Shown here in pieces: positions 37,801-51,457 of a stretch of 64,000 bases of DNA (position 1 is its first letter; the number at the start of each line of letters is the position of its first letter). Under the pieces are notes generated by a model. It searched no databases. It saw nothing but the letters and a program-made list of their open reading frames with translations, and was not told the DNA's origin. Source of the stretch: Tubulanus polymorphus (Eukaryota; Animalia; Nemertea); the NCBI RefSeq assembly GCF_964204645.1, contig NC_134030.1:20854210-20918209 (forward strand), given 5' to 3'. A program made the position numbers and the translations under genes.

Positions 37801-38182
37801 GATTTTTAATACTTTCATTTCCAGTGAGAAATACGATATTGTTAAGAGTATCAGTTAGTTCTGTGATGCTCGTTGTATTTGTTGAATTATCCACGCGTTC
37901 TGAATCGATGTCAATTCTATCCGATTCACAAATAAAAGTTGTTCGAGTCTCCTCGATTTGACACGGGAATCGAACCCAGTTCGCTGATCCTCGTGGATTA
38001 TTCAGTATCATCGCCGTACACGGCATATTGACGTCATTTATCGGTTGTTTTCGTAGAGGAGATATCAATCCTTGAATAACTTCTGGTATCGTTTCGTTTA
38101 TCATAGCAGGTTTAAACCACTCTGTGTAGCTCAATGGTTTCCCATCAGTCCAAGTGTAGAAACCATCATTGTCATTCATTGG
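34883..38182 (-). CDS. Copy 4 exon 3 (CTL-LDLa-LRR-7TM)
   Basis: ORF 34883..38188 trimmed to ttttgcag|CCA. Confidence 0.93.
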   Translation of the reverse strand, partial: PMNDNDGFYTWTDGKPLSYTEWFKPAMINETIPEVIQGLISPLRKQPINDVNMPCTAMILNNPRGSANWVRFPCQIEETRTTFICESDRIDIDSERVDNSTNTTSITELTDTLNNIVFLTGNESIKNPNTTNNSTCEKGWQNVEGKCCKMFTDWNNNRGLDILRATKLCRDLHAEIAIVTRHRENEIKALIDEFSFKHQYGAILTMDARKMFQVIEPVLTRDGITFIESLRWSIKPWNNQTNDVHSVLCSYNVTGEELASISGCKSWQFKCNDQRCISDHRVCDTRNDCQHGEDELDCSGLNLQSQFHCLDGQVISISGLCDFEADCVDGSDEKSCFHPLCSPQQFRCTSGQCVDRSYRCNGIVNCKDGSDERACGPQICNGFLCNNGECISSLLYRDGVVDCSGSLEEDELLTPNVTVNPTVHCNNDNYCTTNFTNLCTESDEQRCSFDSPHCYSRRHRCILERMPIGYPVCRRLEHIQGCSYFICPAGTVKCPASYCIPMGQVCDGRSDCPNSEDERNCETLTCPGMFKCGQENRCIPQSEVCDGVVNCKHTTDDESYCDVTCPKYCKCRGHLIDCDDAGLIEITDLFSASTRVLILSGNRVVFNESTFSSYLYLHFLNISRNNLSYIVPNSFSNLVNLHTLDLTYNRLMSLSANTFAGLNSLEILFIFGNPVRYLEEGSFLGLKSLSDLDLHGLFLSLLGGNVFSGLSALESLDVSNNRISYISPNAFAGLTKLKSLDLTTNSKVISVEKNVFYSLTLLSTLASDAYKFCCMIPNVDQCLPKADQFSSCSDLMGNTVLRAIIWAIASFSFVANIIVILIRVQALRISSSVSRNTSSDILIINIATCDFLMSIYLFLIAGADYVYKGVYFLNSESWTDSSLCRLAGIIVTLSCEGSLTFLLMLTRQRYSNIVDPFSGSPIISSISVSSICCICWIILSTISMLPLSSSSYFGNNFYGTTGVCLPMNLLTINVHAWQYSFAIFAVFNSVVLATIVMTYAQMYRLVSGSRSGSGRADPTELILARRSLVINLCNLCCWLPIIIVQFCAVLRVEIPNQVAAWLAVLFLPINSSLNPLLYTILTIDVKSIRAKNKRILKTR

Positions 38183-41100
38183 CTGCAAAATCGATTTTTA
38201 AGCATTTTTCTACTTTAATCATTGAAATTGTGTTTAGAATCGAATATTTTCAGTGCATATTTTACATCTTTTTCAAAATTCAGCTTAAAGATTAAAATAT
38301 GCTTATAAATAAAAATTGTCAATTTTCGACCATCATTATATTCGTTATACTTTTTATGAATTAAATTTTATTTATAATTGACATGTAGAATAAAGAATAT
38401 TTGCATTCATCAAATTTTACGATTTACATGAATTGGGAGTCTAGTGATTCGAGGATAATCTAACTTTCTTATTCCATTTCGTCGAGTGTAAGTTACCTTG
38501 TATTTTAGCCCGATCATCATTATAAGCGCCTCCTGTGTATATCCCTTTCTAAGCAGTTTCGCGGCGAATAATCTTTTGACAGAAATCATTTCATCTTGTG
38601 AGTTGATACTGAGAAGATGTCCTCCGTATTTCTGTTGACAGTACATTTCAGCGTTCTCCCAATTCAGACGTTCATCTTTGATGTATTTGACGCAGGATAT
38701 TCCCGAATCTAGAAATCCTGATTTACAGCCGATTTCATCAAACTGTTTTATTGGTAACGACTTTTCTAAATTGTATTGTATTTCAAATGTGGGAATGCGT
38801 TCCTTTATCTCAAAATACAAATCATTGTCCCATAAACTATAAAATACACTTCCACGTTTAGCCATAGTTCCACATATTTTAGTTAAATGTTCAGTGTCGC
38901 TTCCTGAAATAACTACTCCATTATCGTAAAGGTCATGTATCTGTTGCTTGAATAGAATTGGGTCTTTGTCTGATCTAGATAATTTACTGCACGGTAAAGT
39001 CTGAATAAATTTGATTATAAATCTGTAATATTGAATTCGATCATTTTCAATCGGATTTTCGAAGTTATAATAAGATGATTTCGAAGTATATCCCGCAAAG
39101 CCCGGATAGTTCGGTGATTGTACGATTCCACATTCATCCCTATCCGGCAAATATGAAGAACCGGGAAATTGTGTAGGGTTTTTTACTCCTTGACATTTAC
39201 GACGTAGTTTAACTATTAATTCATCATTCCAGAATTGATATTTGTAGAACAATTTCAAAGTGTTTAATACAAAACTGTTATTGAGAAACTGATTTGATAA
39301 ACTCATTTGCCTGTCACACTTTCTTCTCGAGTATCGCGCTGGAAAACATGCGTCAATTTGATACTCATGTTCTGATAATATATAAATGTTTTCTAAAGGA
39401 AGGCGCCGGTTTTCAGGTGTAATCACCAGACAGTGTGACGTCATGTTGATCTGATTTTCTCCTTCCCGTAAAACATACCCGTAACAATCAGCAGGACTGA
39501 ATCTAAGATACCCAGAGTTAGGTACATCACTATAAGCGTACCCTACTACAGTAACCGGTCCTCCTGATGTAATCAGACTGACGACGTTACGATCGTATTG
39601 ATAACCAGTACAATACGGACCATAGCGTCTAGCTGTAAAATTACCACCATCATATATATAAAATCCAGCTCTCTCGCACGTCTCTGATAAAACTGTTAGT
39701 TTCAATCCATCCTCATAGATATCAACTTTCCGTTTAAATTCTAATGTATTTATGCCATACGTTAATGCTGTCATCTTTGATGTCGGGAAGAGTTCGCTCG
39801 GAATCAAACTTGCACCGGAGCCAAATATCTACAAAATATGAATATTGATCATTAATCGAATAATTTACATTGTTTTGTTAGATACATTGTTTTACATTAT
39901 TCTTAAATCATACACTTTATGTATTTATCCGACAAAATAATTGACGAATTTTCCTTGTTCTTAATTACACTTTTGTTCCGTATCTTATATTTTCGCACAA
40001 GAAATTTAAAGGTTGTACAAAAAACTTATATTTTAAAGAATTATTTAAACATCAGTACTTGCACCAATATTCATGTTTAACAAAAATTCATATTTCTCAT
40101 TTTAACAATGTCAATTTAATTTTGTAAAACAAAAGCTGAGAAATAATTTTACTACATCTGTGGACTTGCACGCCTTCTATTGAAAGAGAAATCTTTAAAC
40201 TCATTTTTATTTCTATGGTTCATTCTTACGTATTATTTAGCTGAGGCTGAGTAGTTATTTTACTCACCCTTCGTTTGTGAACTTGTACGTCTCCTGTGGA
40301 TAAAGATTTCACTTCAAATTCTATCCTTACATTCGATTGTAAAACACCTGGTCTTATTAAAACGCACAGTATGACGAGAAAGCCGTCAGATTTAACACTC
40401 AGTGATTCCAGGTAGTTGTAACCGAGTAAAATATCAGTTCCTACAACGCGTAACCCTTCTAGTTTATATACACCAATGATGTCATCGGATGTGCTGAGAT
40501 CACGTGTCCAGTTGAAGACGACGTACTGTAACACCTGCACTGTGATAGACCAGCAGTGTAAGTGTTTTGATCGAGTTATTACGTGTAAACTGTTGTCATC
40601 AGGAATGAGCACTCCAGACTCGTTATTAGAGATTTGAATTAACGGATTAGAGACGTTCCAATCAGATATTCTATACACCTGAACTGATAGTTGTGATTTA
40701 AAGGACAGTAGATGTGTATCGATAATGGCTTTGTAAGTTTTTGTGTAAAATGATGATGGTGGATGTCCGGTTTGTTCTGGTATAACAGCTATAGGTTCAC
40801 TGGTGATGTTCCATCCGTCGTAAATTTGAACAGTTGTCGTTGAATGAGCGCCAGGAGATAATCTGAAATCTATTTGTGTAAACGTCAAATTCATAGCGAA
40901 ACCATCCGGGATCTCGATCCATTCCAAATATAATATACATCGTTTTAAATATATTGCGAATTTGTATCCTGTCGAAGTTGGTAATATGTTTATTCTTTGT
41001 TTGTATATTATGCAGTTATGAATAAACTTCAAATTGTTTCGTTCATAACGATATATGATATAAACCCGACTACCCCGCGCACCATCGACGTTACTTCTAA

Positions 41101-41458
41101 ACATCAACGAGATCGAATCGTTACGGCGGATTTCATGTTTTCCTTCACCGCAGAATCTGTTATCGAACTCACCGACGAGAAGGTAGTTATCACTACAGAA
41201 TATCGACGGCTCGATGTCGTAGTATAGTTTGATGTTGAAAGTTCCCGGTAAAGAGCTGTTGACGAACCAACGACATTCAACACCGCGCGTAAACGACGGG
41301 TAATTCGGTGAAACGATGTAACCGGACGTAGAATCGACGGGGTACCAAGTGTTGTTACAAGGCGAACTGACCGTCACGGAGTCAGACAGATCAGCGTGTG
41401 CGATGTTAACTCGCCAGACGATCAGCGACGATATAAACAGCGCTCTCAGTCGATCCAT
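34883..41458 (-). CDS. GRL101-like LGR GPCR copy 4, join complement(34883..38182,38497..39828,40268..41458), ~1940 aa
   Basis: Same architecture; exon 3 acceptor ttttgcag|CCA ATG AAT GAC AAT GAT. Confidence 0.9.
38497..39828 (-). CDS. Copy 4 exon 2 (CUB-like and CTL N-half)
   Basis: Conserved phase-0 splice sites. Confidence 0.88.
40268..41458 (-). CDS. Copy 4 exon 1 (signal peptide and CUB)
   Basis: ATG of MDRL; gtgagt donor. Confidence 0.88.
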
Positions 41459-41729
41459 ACCGAACAACAATCTCTACTGAATAATCAAAACTTGCATAGC
41501 TTTACGAAATCGAAACAAATTACAGTTCGTCCAATTAGAAAATTCGCTGAGAATTCTTTGAAATTGATATTTTTCGTCGTTGCTGCAATTATTTTGAAAC
41601 CGATTCTAATGAAGCGTTCTGATTTTTTCCAATTAATAACAAATATTCATATATCATATATTTCGTGTAGCTAACTACTACAAGTTCACGTGTTTATAGA
41701 AGTGAAAGATCATTTTAAACATATGCGTG

Positions 41730-42200
41730 GTGAAGTGCGGGAGATCTGTTTCGTAAGTTCACTGAAAAGATGTCTGATACCACATGTTTATGTACATTTT
41801 TTAATAAAAAAAAAATGTCTCAGTTGAAGACCTGAACACATGTGAAGTGTGGACGATCAGTTTTTGAAAGTGTGCTGATAAAATGTCTAATGTCTGGTGT
41901 TTGTAGTTCATTTTCAATTAAAAATGTCTCAGGTGAAGCACTGGACACATGTGAAGTGTGGACGATCAGTTTTTGAAAGTGTGCTGATAAAATGTCTAAT
42001 ATCTGGTGTTTGTAGTTCATTTTCAATTAAAAATGTCTCAGGTGAAGCACTGGACACATGTGAAGTGTGGACGATCAGTTTTTGAAAGTGTGCTGATAAA
42101 ATGTCTAATATCTGGTGTTTGTAGTTCATTTTCAATTAAAAATGTTTCAGGTGAAGCACTGAACACATGTTAAGTGTGGATGATCAGTTTTTGAAATTGC
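41730..42200. repeat. 109-bp minisatellite (~4 units) upstream of copy 4
   Basis: Same unit. Confidence 0.93.
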
Positions 42201-42770
42201 AAATAAAATCTCATGCATTTCCACAGTATTCGATAATAGTGAAATCACTTATAGAAGAACATCTGAACACACCTTATACACCAAGGCTCTTACATACTCA
42301 TGACGTCACGAGTTTTGGCAATTACAAATTTCTAGTACAAAATATGTATAGATGGCAATAAATGAAAATAGACCGCCCCAGCCGGAACGGAAGCATCGAT
42401 ATCATTTACTTGGTCGTTACGTTGAATCTTTTCAAATAACTTGTTAAAACCTAGTCGGATTGATTCCCAATCGTTTTAGCAATAACATGCAAACATTCGG
42501 AGACCTTTTCTGCGAAGTCGAGGTTGACTGCTGGTAACCGGTCGAGGTCACCCTTCGCGCGGATAACAGCTGACGTTCACGAAATAATAACGTGACTTTG
42601 AGATAATGGATGCATTAGGAACATACACTAATGCACGGTGGAATTAATCGAGAAATTATCTGTTCCCTGTTAGTAACTCAGTAATATCATTCATTGATAC
42701 ACGATATTCTAATGCAGTAAAACATTATGTCGAATAATATTCTAACATATTTTGACGAACTTGTATTCAC

Positions 42771-43004
<234 letters not shown>

Positions 43005-44864
43005 GTATTCACACGCAGAGTAACGTTATAGCAAGCACCCTGCGAATTTCTGCTTGAACACGATGTGCGTAACTAGATCGAAAATCCTATAACCAGAAAC
43101 CAATGACAGGAACGTGTTCTTTAGGTTTTAAACTTATACATTTCACTGAATTCTTGGTTCTGGACATGCAACACGCTTAGCGGCTAATGTATATACAATC
43201 CGAATCGCCTACTTTTTGCTCTCAACAGTTTGTTTTAAACGATTACTAAGTGAGGCATTATTCAGACAGAGAACATGTATAGAATTAGTATGGCATTGAA
43301 TTAGGTTTTTTTAGTTATCATTTCGATTAGCTCGCAGTATCTGGATATATCATATTGCTGGTACGAATATCTATGGTCAAAAATGTTACAAGTATAATGC
43401 ATCATATAAGATGAGGTTATTCATAATCAAAAACGAGCTGATAGCAAATTCGAAATATTCAACGATCATACTTGAAAACTTTCATTTTTATCTTATAAAA
43501 TTGAATATAGCGAGTTTTATTATCTTTTGCTAATTTTTTCTTATCTTATGAAGGATAGAAAGAATATCGTGCGGCTCGAATCGTAAATTACCGTGGTGAA
43601 CTTTTTGGTGCGAAAACAGTAGGCAATGAATGTAACCATACAATATGGCGGCTGATTCGGGCCAAGTTAAGAAAAAAGAATTCCGCGCAATGTATATATC
43701 GCTTCGTTTTTTCGCCGCGCAGGAAAACGAACCTGTGTTTCTCGTTTCTGCGCCCGCCGAAATAAACTTCGTTTAGCTGCGTCCGGTTGACATCCACGCG
43801 TTGACATTCGATGATAGAAGATCTATAAACACGAGTACGGGTATAAACGGGCTGTTGGTGTTCGGTTTTTGAGAATCGCTAGCCAGGGCGAAACTCGGTT
43901 TTCGTAGCTAGTCGACTAGTGGTCGAAACTAATAACCGAATGCGCTTAATTTCCGAACTATTTCCGGAATATAGTTCCGACTAACTGAAATTCGGTTTCA
44001 TTTAGTTCGACTATAGTCGACTAACTCAGATATCAAACCGAAGTTGGCCCAGGCTGGGGATTTTGTATGTACTAAATTACTGAATGTCTCCGTGAGCTAA
44101 GTATTGTCTTTATGTGTGGCCTGGACGATTCTACTGTTTTGATCTTAAAATAGGAATTGACCCTGTTATCGATTTGATTGGTAAATTCCTCGTCCCTTAC
44201 AGACCCACCACACCTGCCGGGAGCGAAACAGGGGGTTTAATATTGAAATTGGAAGTACAGATATAGTTGTGTGATCGGCGGTCGAGTTTACAACAGTTTG
44301 TTTAAATCGAAGTACATTATTGGGAAATTTGGTTCCGGGTTATCCAAACAATATTCCATTGGTTAGCCTACCAGTTAAAGCAATAAACACGTGCATGTTT
44401 TTAATCGATTCTTGTGTATGCAGCCGGGAGGTCGTTCAGATATTCGAGTTCTGAGGAGTTTGAACGTATGATTGTGGTAAAAAATATAGTTCGTGTTGAA
44501 CGAATATTCGACATCAAGTAAGCATGTGTATAAGATCGATAACGGAATCTGCGACTCAGGAAAGTAGCTGAATTTCAAAAAAAAAATTTCTGTTCGGAGA
44601 AGACAGAAAGACCAACCACGCAGAGCGGTAGATTTGAAACCTGATTTCCTAAGCCACGAGAGAATGATAAATCTCCGACCTAGGCACAAAACTAAATATT
44701 CGTTTGATGCGTCGAAAACACTATCGTAGGTTCAAACTTGAAACTGAAATAAGGTATGATGATTTTATCAGTCTCCAACTGTTTCCAAAAATAGTTTTCC
44801 ATGAATATAGCGGCTGAAGGCGCTCCTAGCGTGTATCCAAAGTTTCTATCGACTGATAAATGTT

Positions 44865-47800
44865 TCAGCGAGTTTTTAAAATCCGTTTATTTTTAGCCCG
44901 AATTGATTTAACATCGATAGTGAGGATGGTGTAAAGAAGTGGATTCAGTGACGAGTTGATCGGTAGGAAAAGTACCGCCAACCAAGCCGCCACTTGGTTC
45001 GGTATTTCTACTCGCAATACAGCGCAAAACTGAACGATAATTATCGGTAACCAGCAAAATAGATTACACAGATTTATCACTAAACTCCTACGCGCCAGAA
45101 TCAGTTCGGTAGGATCAGCTCTACCCGAGCCGGACCTGCTTCCAGATACGAGTCTATACATCTGTGCATACGTCATCATTATTGTAGCAAGTACGACCGA
45201 GTTAAACACGGCAAAAATAGCGAATGAGTATTGCCAGGCGTGGACATTGATGGTTAGTAAATTCATAGGTAAACAAACACCGGTTGTGCCGTAAAAGTTA
45301 TTTCCGAAATAAGAAGATGACGACAGCGGTAGCATTGAAATGATGCTTAAAATGATCCAACATATACAGCAAATACTGGACACAGAAATCGAAGATATAA
45401 TTGGGCTTCCAGAAAATGGGTCCACGATATTCGAGTATCTTTGACGGGTAAGCATGAGCAGAAAGGTCAACGATCCCTCACAAGATAGAGTCACTATAAT
45501 CCCAGCGAGTCGACACGATGAACTATCTGTCCAACTTTCAGAATTTAAGAAATAAACACCTTTATAGACGTAATCGGCTCCTGCGATCAAAAACAGATAA
45601 ATCGACATCAGAAAATCGCAAGTGGCAATATTAATAATGAGGATATCAGAGGATGTATTACGTGATTCAGAGGATGAAATTCGTAACGCTTGAACGCGAA
45701 GTAAAATTACGGTGATGTTTGCGAAAAAGCTGAATGAAGCGATCGCCCAAATGATTGCTCTAAGAACAGTGTTACCCATCAGGTCGGAACAAGATGAAAA
45801 TTGGTCGGCTTCCGGGAGACACTGGTCAACATTCGGAACCATGCAACAAAATTTGTACGCGTCAGAAGCCAAAGTACTTAATGATGAAAGACTGTCAAAA
45901 ACGTTTTTTTCTACGGATATGACTTTTGAATTTTTGGTCAGATCTAGACTTTTAAGTTTTGTTAACCCGGAAAATGCGTTTGGTGAAATATAACTGATTC
46001 TGTTATTGCTGACATCTAACGACTCTAAAGCTGATAAACCACTGAACACATTTCCAACGAGTAACGACAAGGAAAGTCCGTGAAGATCGAGATCGCTTAA
46101 TGACTTTAAACCTAGAAAACTGCCTTCTTCTAAATTTCTCAATGGATTTCCAAGAATCAAGAGTATTTTCAACCTATACAAACCACTAAATGTATTCGCG
46201 GACAATGACATTAAGCGGTTATATGTAAGATCTAATGTATGTAGATTACGCAGGTTTGAGAACGAGTTTGGAACAATATAAGATAAATTGTTACGTGAAA
46301 TATTAAGGAGATGTAGATAGAGGTAGGAAGAAAACGTGGACTCATCGAATACAACTCGGTTTTCTGATAAAATCAGAACTCGAGTTGATGCCGAGAACAT
46401 ATCTGTAATTTCTACTAAACCAGCATCATCGCAATAAATGAAATGACCTTGACATTTACAATTATCTGGACACGTGATGTCACAGTAAGACTCGTCATCA
46501 GTGGCATGTTTACAATTAACAACACCATCACAAACTTCAGATTGAGGTATACATCGGTTTTCCTGGCCACATTTGAACATGCCGGGACACGACAAAGTCT
46601 CGCAGTTTCGCTCGTCTTCTGAATTAGGACAATCTGATCGACCATCGCACACCTGTCCCATCGGTATACAGTAAGATGCTGGACATTTCACAGTACCAGC
46701 AGGACATATGAAATCAGTACAACCTTGTATATGTTCGAGCCTTCTACATACCGGGTAACCAATCGGCATCCTTTCTAAAATACATCTATGACGTCTAGAA
46801 TAACAATGAGGAGAATCGAAAGAACATCTTTGTTCATCAGATTCTGTACAAAGGTTTGTGAAATTAATCGTGCAGTAGTTATCATTATTACAGTGAACTG
46901 TAGGATTCACTGTAACATTCGATGTTAAAAGTTCATCTTCTTCGAGGCTTCCGCTACAATCTACAACACCATCCCGATACAATAGAGAACTGATACATTC
47001 ACCGTTGTTACAGAGAAACCCGTTGCAAAGTTGCGGACCGCACGTCCGTTCGTCGGAGCCGTCTTTACAGTTAGCGATTCCATCACATCGGTACGATCTA
47101 TCCACACATTGACCACTAGTACAGCGGAATTGTTGGGGCAAACACAGTGGATGAAAACACGAGTTTTCATCCGAGCCATCCACACAATCCGATTGAAAGT
47201 CGCAGAAACCACTTATAGATGTAACCCGTCCATCCGAACAGTGGAACTGACTTCGTAAGTTTAAACCCGAACAATCGAATTCATCTTCACCGTGTTGACA
47301 GTCGTTTCTGTTATCACATACGCGATGGTCGCTGATACATCTTTGATCGTTACATTTAAACTGCCACGATTTACAACCGCTTATAGAAGCCAACTCTTCA
47401 CCAGTTACATTATGGGAACATAGCACGGAATGAACGTTGTTTGTCTGATTATTCCACGGTTTTATCGACCATTTCAACGACTCGATTAAAGTGATTTCAT
47501 CCCTTGTCAAAACTGGTTCGATCACTCGAAACATTTTCTTAGCATCCATAGTCAGTACAGCACCATATTGGTGTTTAAAACTAAACTCGTCAATTAATGC
47601 TTTTATTTCATTTTCCCTGTGCCTAGTTACAATAGCTATTTCAGCGTGAAGATCACGACACAATTTCGTAGCGCTTAGAATATCCAAACCTCGATTGTTG
47701 ATCCAATCTGTGAACATCTGACAACATTTACCTTCGACATTTTGCCAACCTTTTTCACAGGTCGAGTTGTTGGTTGTATCGGGATTTTGAATACTTTTAT

Positions 47801-48164
47801 TTCCAGTGAGAAATACGATATTGTTATGAGTATCAGTTGTTTCTGTGATGCTCGTTGTATTTGTCGAATTATCCATGCGTTCTGAATCGACGACAATTCT
47901 ATCCGATTCACAAATGAAAGTTGTTCGAGTCTCCTCGATTTGACACGGGAATCGAACCCAGTTCGCTGATCCTCGTGGATTATTCAGTATCATCGCGGTA
48001 CACGGCATATTGACGTCATTTATCGGTTGTTTTCGTAGAGGAGATATCAATCCTTGAATAACTTCTGGTATGGTTTCGTTTATCATAGCAGGTTTAAACC
48101 ACTCTGTGTAGCTCAATGGTTTTCCATCAGTCCACGTGTAGAAACCATCATTGTCATTCAATGG
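44865..48164 (-). CDS. Copy 5 exon 3 (CTL-LDLa-LRR-7TM)
   Basis: ORF 44865..48170 trimmed to the acceptor. Confidence 0.93.
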   Translation of the reverse strand, partial: PLNDNDGFYTWTDGKPLSYTEWFKPAMINETIPEVIQGLISPLRKQPINDVNMPCTAMILNNPRGSANWVRFPCQIEETRTTFICESDRIVVDSERMDNSTNTTSITETTDTHNNIVFLTGNKSIQNPDTTNNSTCEKGWQNVEGKCCQMFTDWINNRGLDILSATKLCRDLHAEIAIVTRHRENEIKALIDEFSFKHQYGAVLTMDAKKMFRVIEPVLTRDEITLIESLKWSIKPWNNQTNNVHSVLCSHNVTGEELASISGCKSWQFKCNDQRCISDHRVCDNRNDCQHGEDEFDCSGLNLRSQFHCSDGRVTSISGFCDFQSDCVDGSDENSCFHPLCLPQQFRCTSGQCVDRSYRCDGIANCKDGSDERTCGPQLCNGFLCNNGECISSLLYRDGVVDCSGSLEEDELLTSNVTVNPTVHCNNDNYCTINFTNLCTESDEQRCSFDSPHCYSRRHRCILERMPIGYPVCRRLEHIQGCTDFICPAGTVKCPASYCIPMGQVCDGRSDCPNSEDERNCETLSCPGMFKCGQENRCIPQSEVCDGVVNCKHATDDESYCDITCPDNCKCQGHFIYCDDAGLVEITDMFSASTRVLILSENRVVFDESTFSSYLYLHLLNISRNNLSYIVPNSFSNLRNLHTLDLTYNRLMSLSANTFSGLYRLKILLILGNPLRNLEEGSFLGLKSLSDLDLHGLSLSLLVGNVFSGLSALESLDVSNNRISYISPNAFSGLTKLKSLDLTKNSKVISVEKNVFDSLSSLSTLASDAYKFCCMVPNVDQCLPEADQFSSCSDLMGNTVLRAIIWAIASFSFFANITVILLRVQALRISSSESRNTSSDILIINIATCDFLMSIYLFLIAGADYVYKGVYFLNSESWTDSSSCRLAGIIVTLSCEGSLTFLLMLTRQRYSNIVDPFSGSPIISSISVSSICCICWIILSIISMLPLSSSSYFGNNFYGTTGVCLPMNLLTINVHAWQYSFAIFAVFNSVVLATIMMTYAQMYRLVSGSRSGSGRADPTELILARRSLVINLCNLFCWLPIIIVQFCAVLRVEIPNQVAAWLAVLFLPINSSLNPLLYTILTIDVKSIRAKNKRILKTR

Positions 48165-51100
48165 CTGCAAAAACGGGTTTTAAGCATTTTTCTACTTTAA
48201 TTATTGACATTGTGTTTAGACTCGAATATTTTCAGTGCATATTTGACATCTTTTTTCGAAATTCAGCTTAAAGAATGAATATGCTTACAAAAATTGTCAA
48301 TTTTCGACCATCATTATATTTATTGTACTTTTTATGAATGAAGTTTTATTTATAATTTATATCTAGAATAAAGAATATTTGCCTTCATCAAATTTTACGA
48401 TTTACATGAATTGGGAGTCTAGTGATTCGAGGATAATCTAACTTTCTTATCTCATTTTGTCGATTGGAAATTACCTTGAATCTAAGCCCGAGCATCATTA
48501 TAAGCGCCTCCTGGGTATATCCCTTTCTAAGCAGTTTCGTGGCGAATAATCTTTTGACAGAAATCATTTCATCTTGTGAGTTGATACTGAGAAGATGTCC
48601 TCCGTATTTCTGTTGACAATACATTTCAGCGTTCTCCCAATTCAGACGTTCATCTCTGATGTATTTGACGCAGGAAATTCCCGAATCTAGAAATCCTGAT
48701 TTACAGCTGATTTTATCAAACTGTTTTATTGGTAACGCCTTTTCTAAATTGTATTGTATTTGAAATGTGGGAACGCGACCATTTATCTCAATATACAAAT
48801 CATTGTCCCATAAACTATAAAATACATTTCCACGTTTAGCAATAGTTCCACATATATCAGTTTGATGTTCGGTTCCGCTTCCTGAAATAGCTAATCCATT
48901 ATCGTAAAAGTCAAGTATTTGTTGTTTGAATAGAATTAGGTCTTTGTCAAATCTTGATAATTTATTGCACGTTAAAGACTGTATAAACTTGATTATAAAT
49001 CTGTAATATTGAATTCGATTATTTTCTATCGGGTTTTCAAAGCGATAATAAGAAGATTTCGAAAAATATCCCGCCGATCCCGGATAGTTCGGTGATTGTA
49101 CGATTCCACATTCATCCCTATCCGGGAAATATGAATGCCCGAATTGGGATTGTGTAGGTTTTTTTACTCCTTGACATTTACGACGTAGTTTAACTATTAA
49201 TTCATCATTCCAGAATTGATATTTGTGGAACAATTTCAAAGCGTTAAATACGAAACTGATATTGAGAAACTGATTTGATAAACTCATTTGCCTGTCACAC
49301 TTTCTTCTCGTGTATCTCGCAGGAAAACACGCATCAATTTGATATTCATATTCTGATAATATATAAATGTTTTCTAAAGGAAGGCGCCGGTTTTCAGGTG
49401 TAATCACGAGACAGTGTGACGTCATGTTGATCTGATTTTCTCCTTCCCGTAAAACATACCCGTAACAATCAGCAGGACTGAATCTGAGATACCCAGAGTT
49501 AGGCACATCACTATAAGCGTATCCTACTACAGTAACCAGTCCTCCTGATGTAATCAGACTAACGACGTTACGACCATATTTATAACCAGGACAATACGGA
49601 CCATAGCGTCTAGCTGTAAAATTACCACCATCATATATATAAAATCCAGCTCTCTCGCACGTCTCTGATAAAACTGTTAGTTTTAATCCATCCTCATAGA
49701 TATCAACTTTCCGTTTAAATTCTAATGTATTTATACGATACGATAATATTTTCTTCTTTGACGCCGGGAAGAATTCGCTTGGAATCAAACTTGCACTGGA
49801 GCCAAATATCTACAAAATATGAATATTGATCATTAATCGAATAATTTACATTGTTTTGTTAGATAAATTGTTTTACATTTTTCCTTAAATCATACACTTT
49901 ATGTATTTATCCGACAAAATAATTGACGAATTTTCCTTGTTCTTAATTACACTTTTGAATACATTAAAGGGATGTTCCGTATCTTATATTTTCGCACAAG
50001 AAATTTAAAGGTTGTACAAAAAAGTTATATTTTAAAGAATTATTTAAACATCAGTACTTGCACCAATATTCATGTTTAACAAAAATTCATATTTCTCATT
50101 TTAACAATATCAATTTAATTTTGTAAAACAATAGCTGAGAAATAATTTTACTACATCTGTGGACTTGCACGCCTTCTATTGAAAGAGAAATCTTTAAACT
50201 CATTTTTATTTCTATGGTTCATTCTTACGTATTATTTAGCTGAGGCTGAGTAGTTATTTTACTCACCCTTCGTTTGTGAACTTGTACGTCTCCTGTGGAT
50301 AAAGATTTCACTTCAAATTCTATCCTTACATTCGATTGTGAAACACCTGGTCTTATTAAAACGCACAGTATGACGAGAAAGCCGTCAGATTTAACACTCA
50401 GTGATTCCAGGTAGTTGTAACCGAGTAAAATATCAGTTCCTACAACGCGTAACCCTTCTAGTTTATATACACCGATGACGTCACCGGATGTGCTGAGATC
50501 ACGTGTCCAGTTGAAGACGACGTACTGTAACACCTGCACTGTGATAGACCAGCAGTGTAAGTGTTTTGATCGAGTTATTACGTGTAAACTGTTGTCATCG
50601 GGAATGAGCACTCCAGACTCGTTATTAGAGATTTGAATTAACGGATTAGAGACGTTCCAATCAGATATTCTATACACCTGAACTGATAGTTGTGATTTAA
50701 AGGACAGTAGATGTGTATCGATAATGGCTTTGTAAGTTTTTGTGTAAAATGATGATGGTGGATGTCCGGTTTGTTCTGGTATAACAGCTATAGGTTCACT
50801 GGTGATGTTCCATCCGTCGTAAATTTGAACAGTTGTCGTTGAATGAGCGCCAGGAGATAATCTGAAATCTATTTGTGTAAACGTCAAATTCATAGCGAAA
50901 CCATCCGGGATCTCGATCCATTCCAAATATAATATACATCGTTTTAAATATATTGCGAATTTGTATCCTGTCGAAGTTGGTAATATGTTTATTCTTTGTT
51001 TGTATATTATGCAGTTATGAATAAACTTCAAATTGTTTCGTTCATAACGATATATGATATAAACCCGACTACCCCGCGCACCATCGACGTTACTTCTAAA

Positions 51101-51457
51101 CATCAACGAGATCGAATCGTTACGGCGGATTTCATGTTTTCCTTCACCGCAGAATCTGTTATCGGACTCACCGACGAGAAGGTAGTTATCACTACAGAAT
51201 ATCGACGGCTCGATGTCGTAGTATAGTTTGATGTTGAAAGTTCCCGGTAAAGAGCTGTTGACGAACCAACGACATTCAACACCGCGCGTAAACGACGGGT
51301 AATTCAGTGAAACGATGTAACCGGACGTAGAATCGACGGGGTACCAAGTGTTGTTACAAGGCGAACTGACCGTCACAGAGTCAGACAGATCAGCGTGTGC
51401 GATGTTAACTCGCCAGACGATCAGCGACGATATAAACAGCGCTCTCAGTCGATCCAT
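44865..51457 (-). CDS. GRL101-like LGR GPCR copy 5, join complement(44865..48164,48475..49809,50267..51457), ~1941 aa
   Basis: Same architecture; intron 2 donor AAG|GTAATT, acceptor ttttgcag|CCA. Confidence 0.9.
48475..49809 (-). CDS. Copy 5 exon 2 (CUB-like and CTL N-half)
   Basis: Conserved phase-0 splice sites. Confidence 0.88.
50267..51457 (-). CDS. Copy 5 exon 1 (signal peptide and CUB)
   Basis: ATG of MDRL; gtgagt donor. Confidence 0.88.
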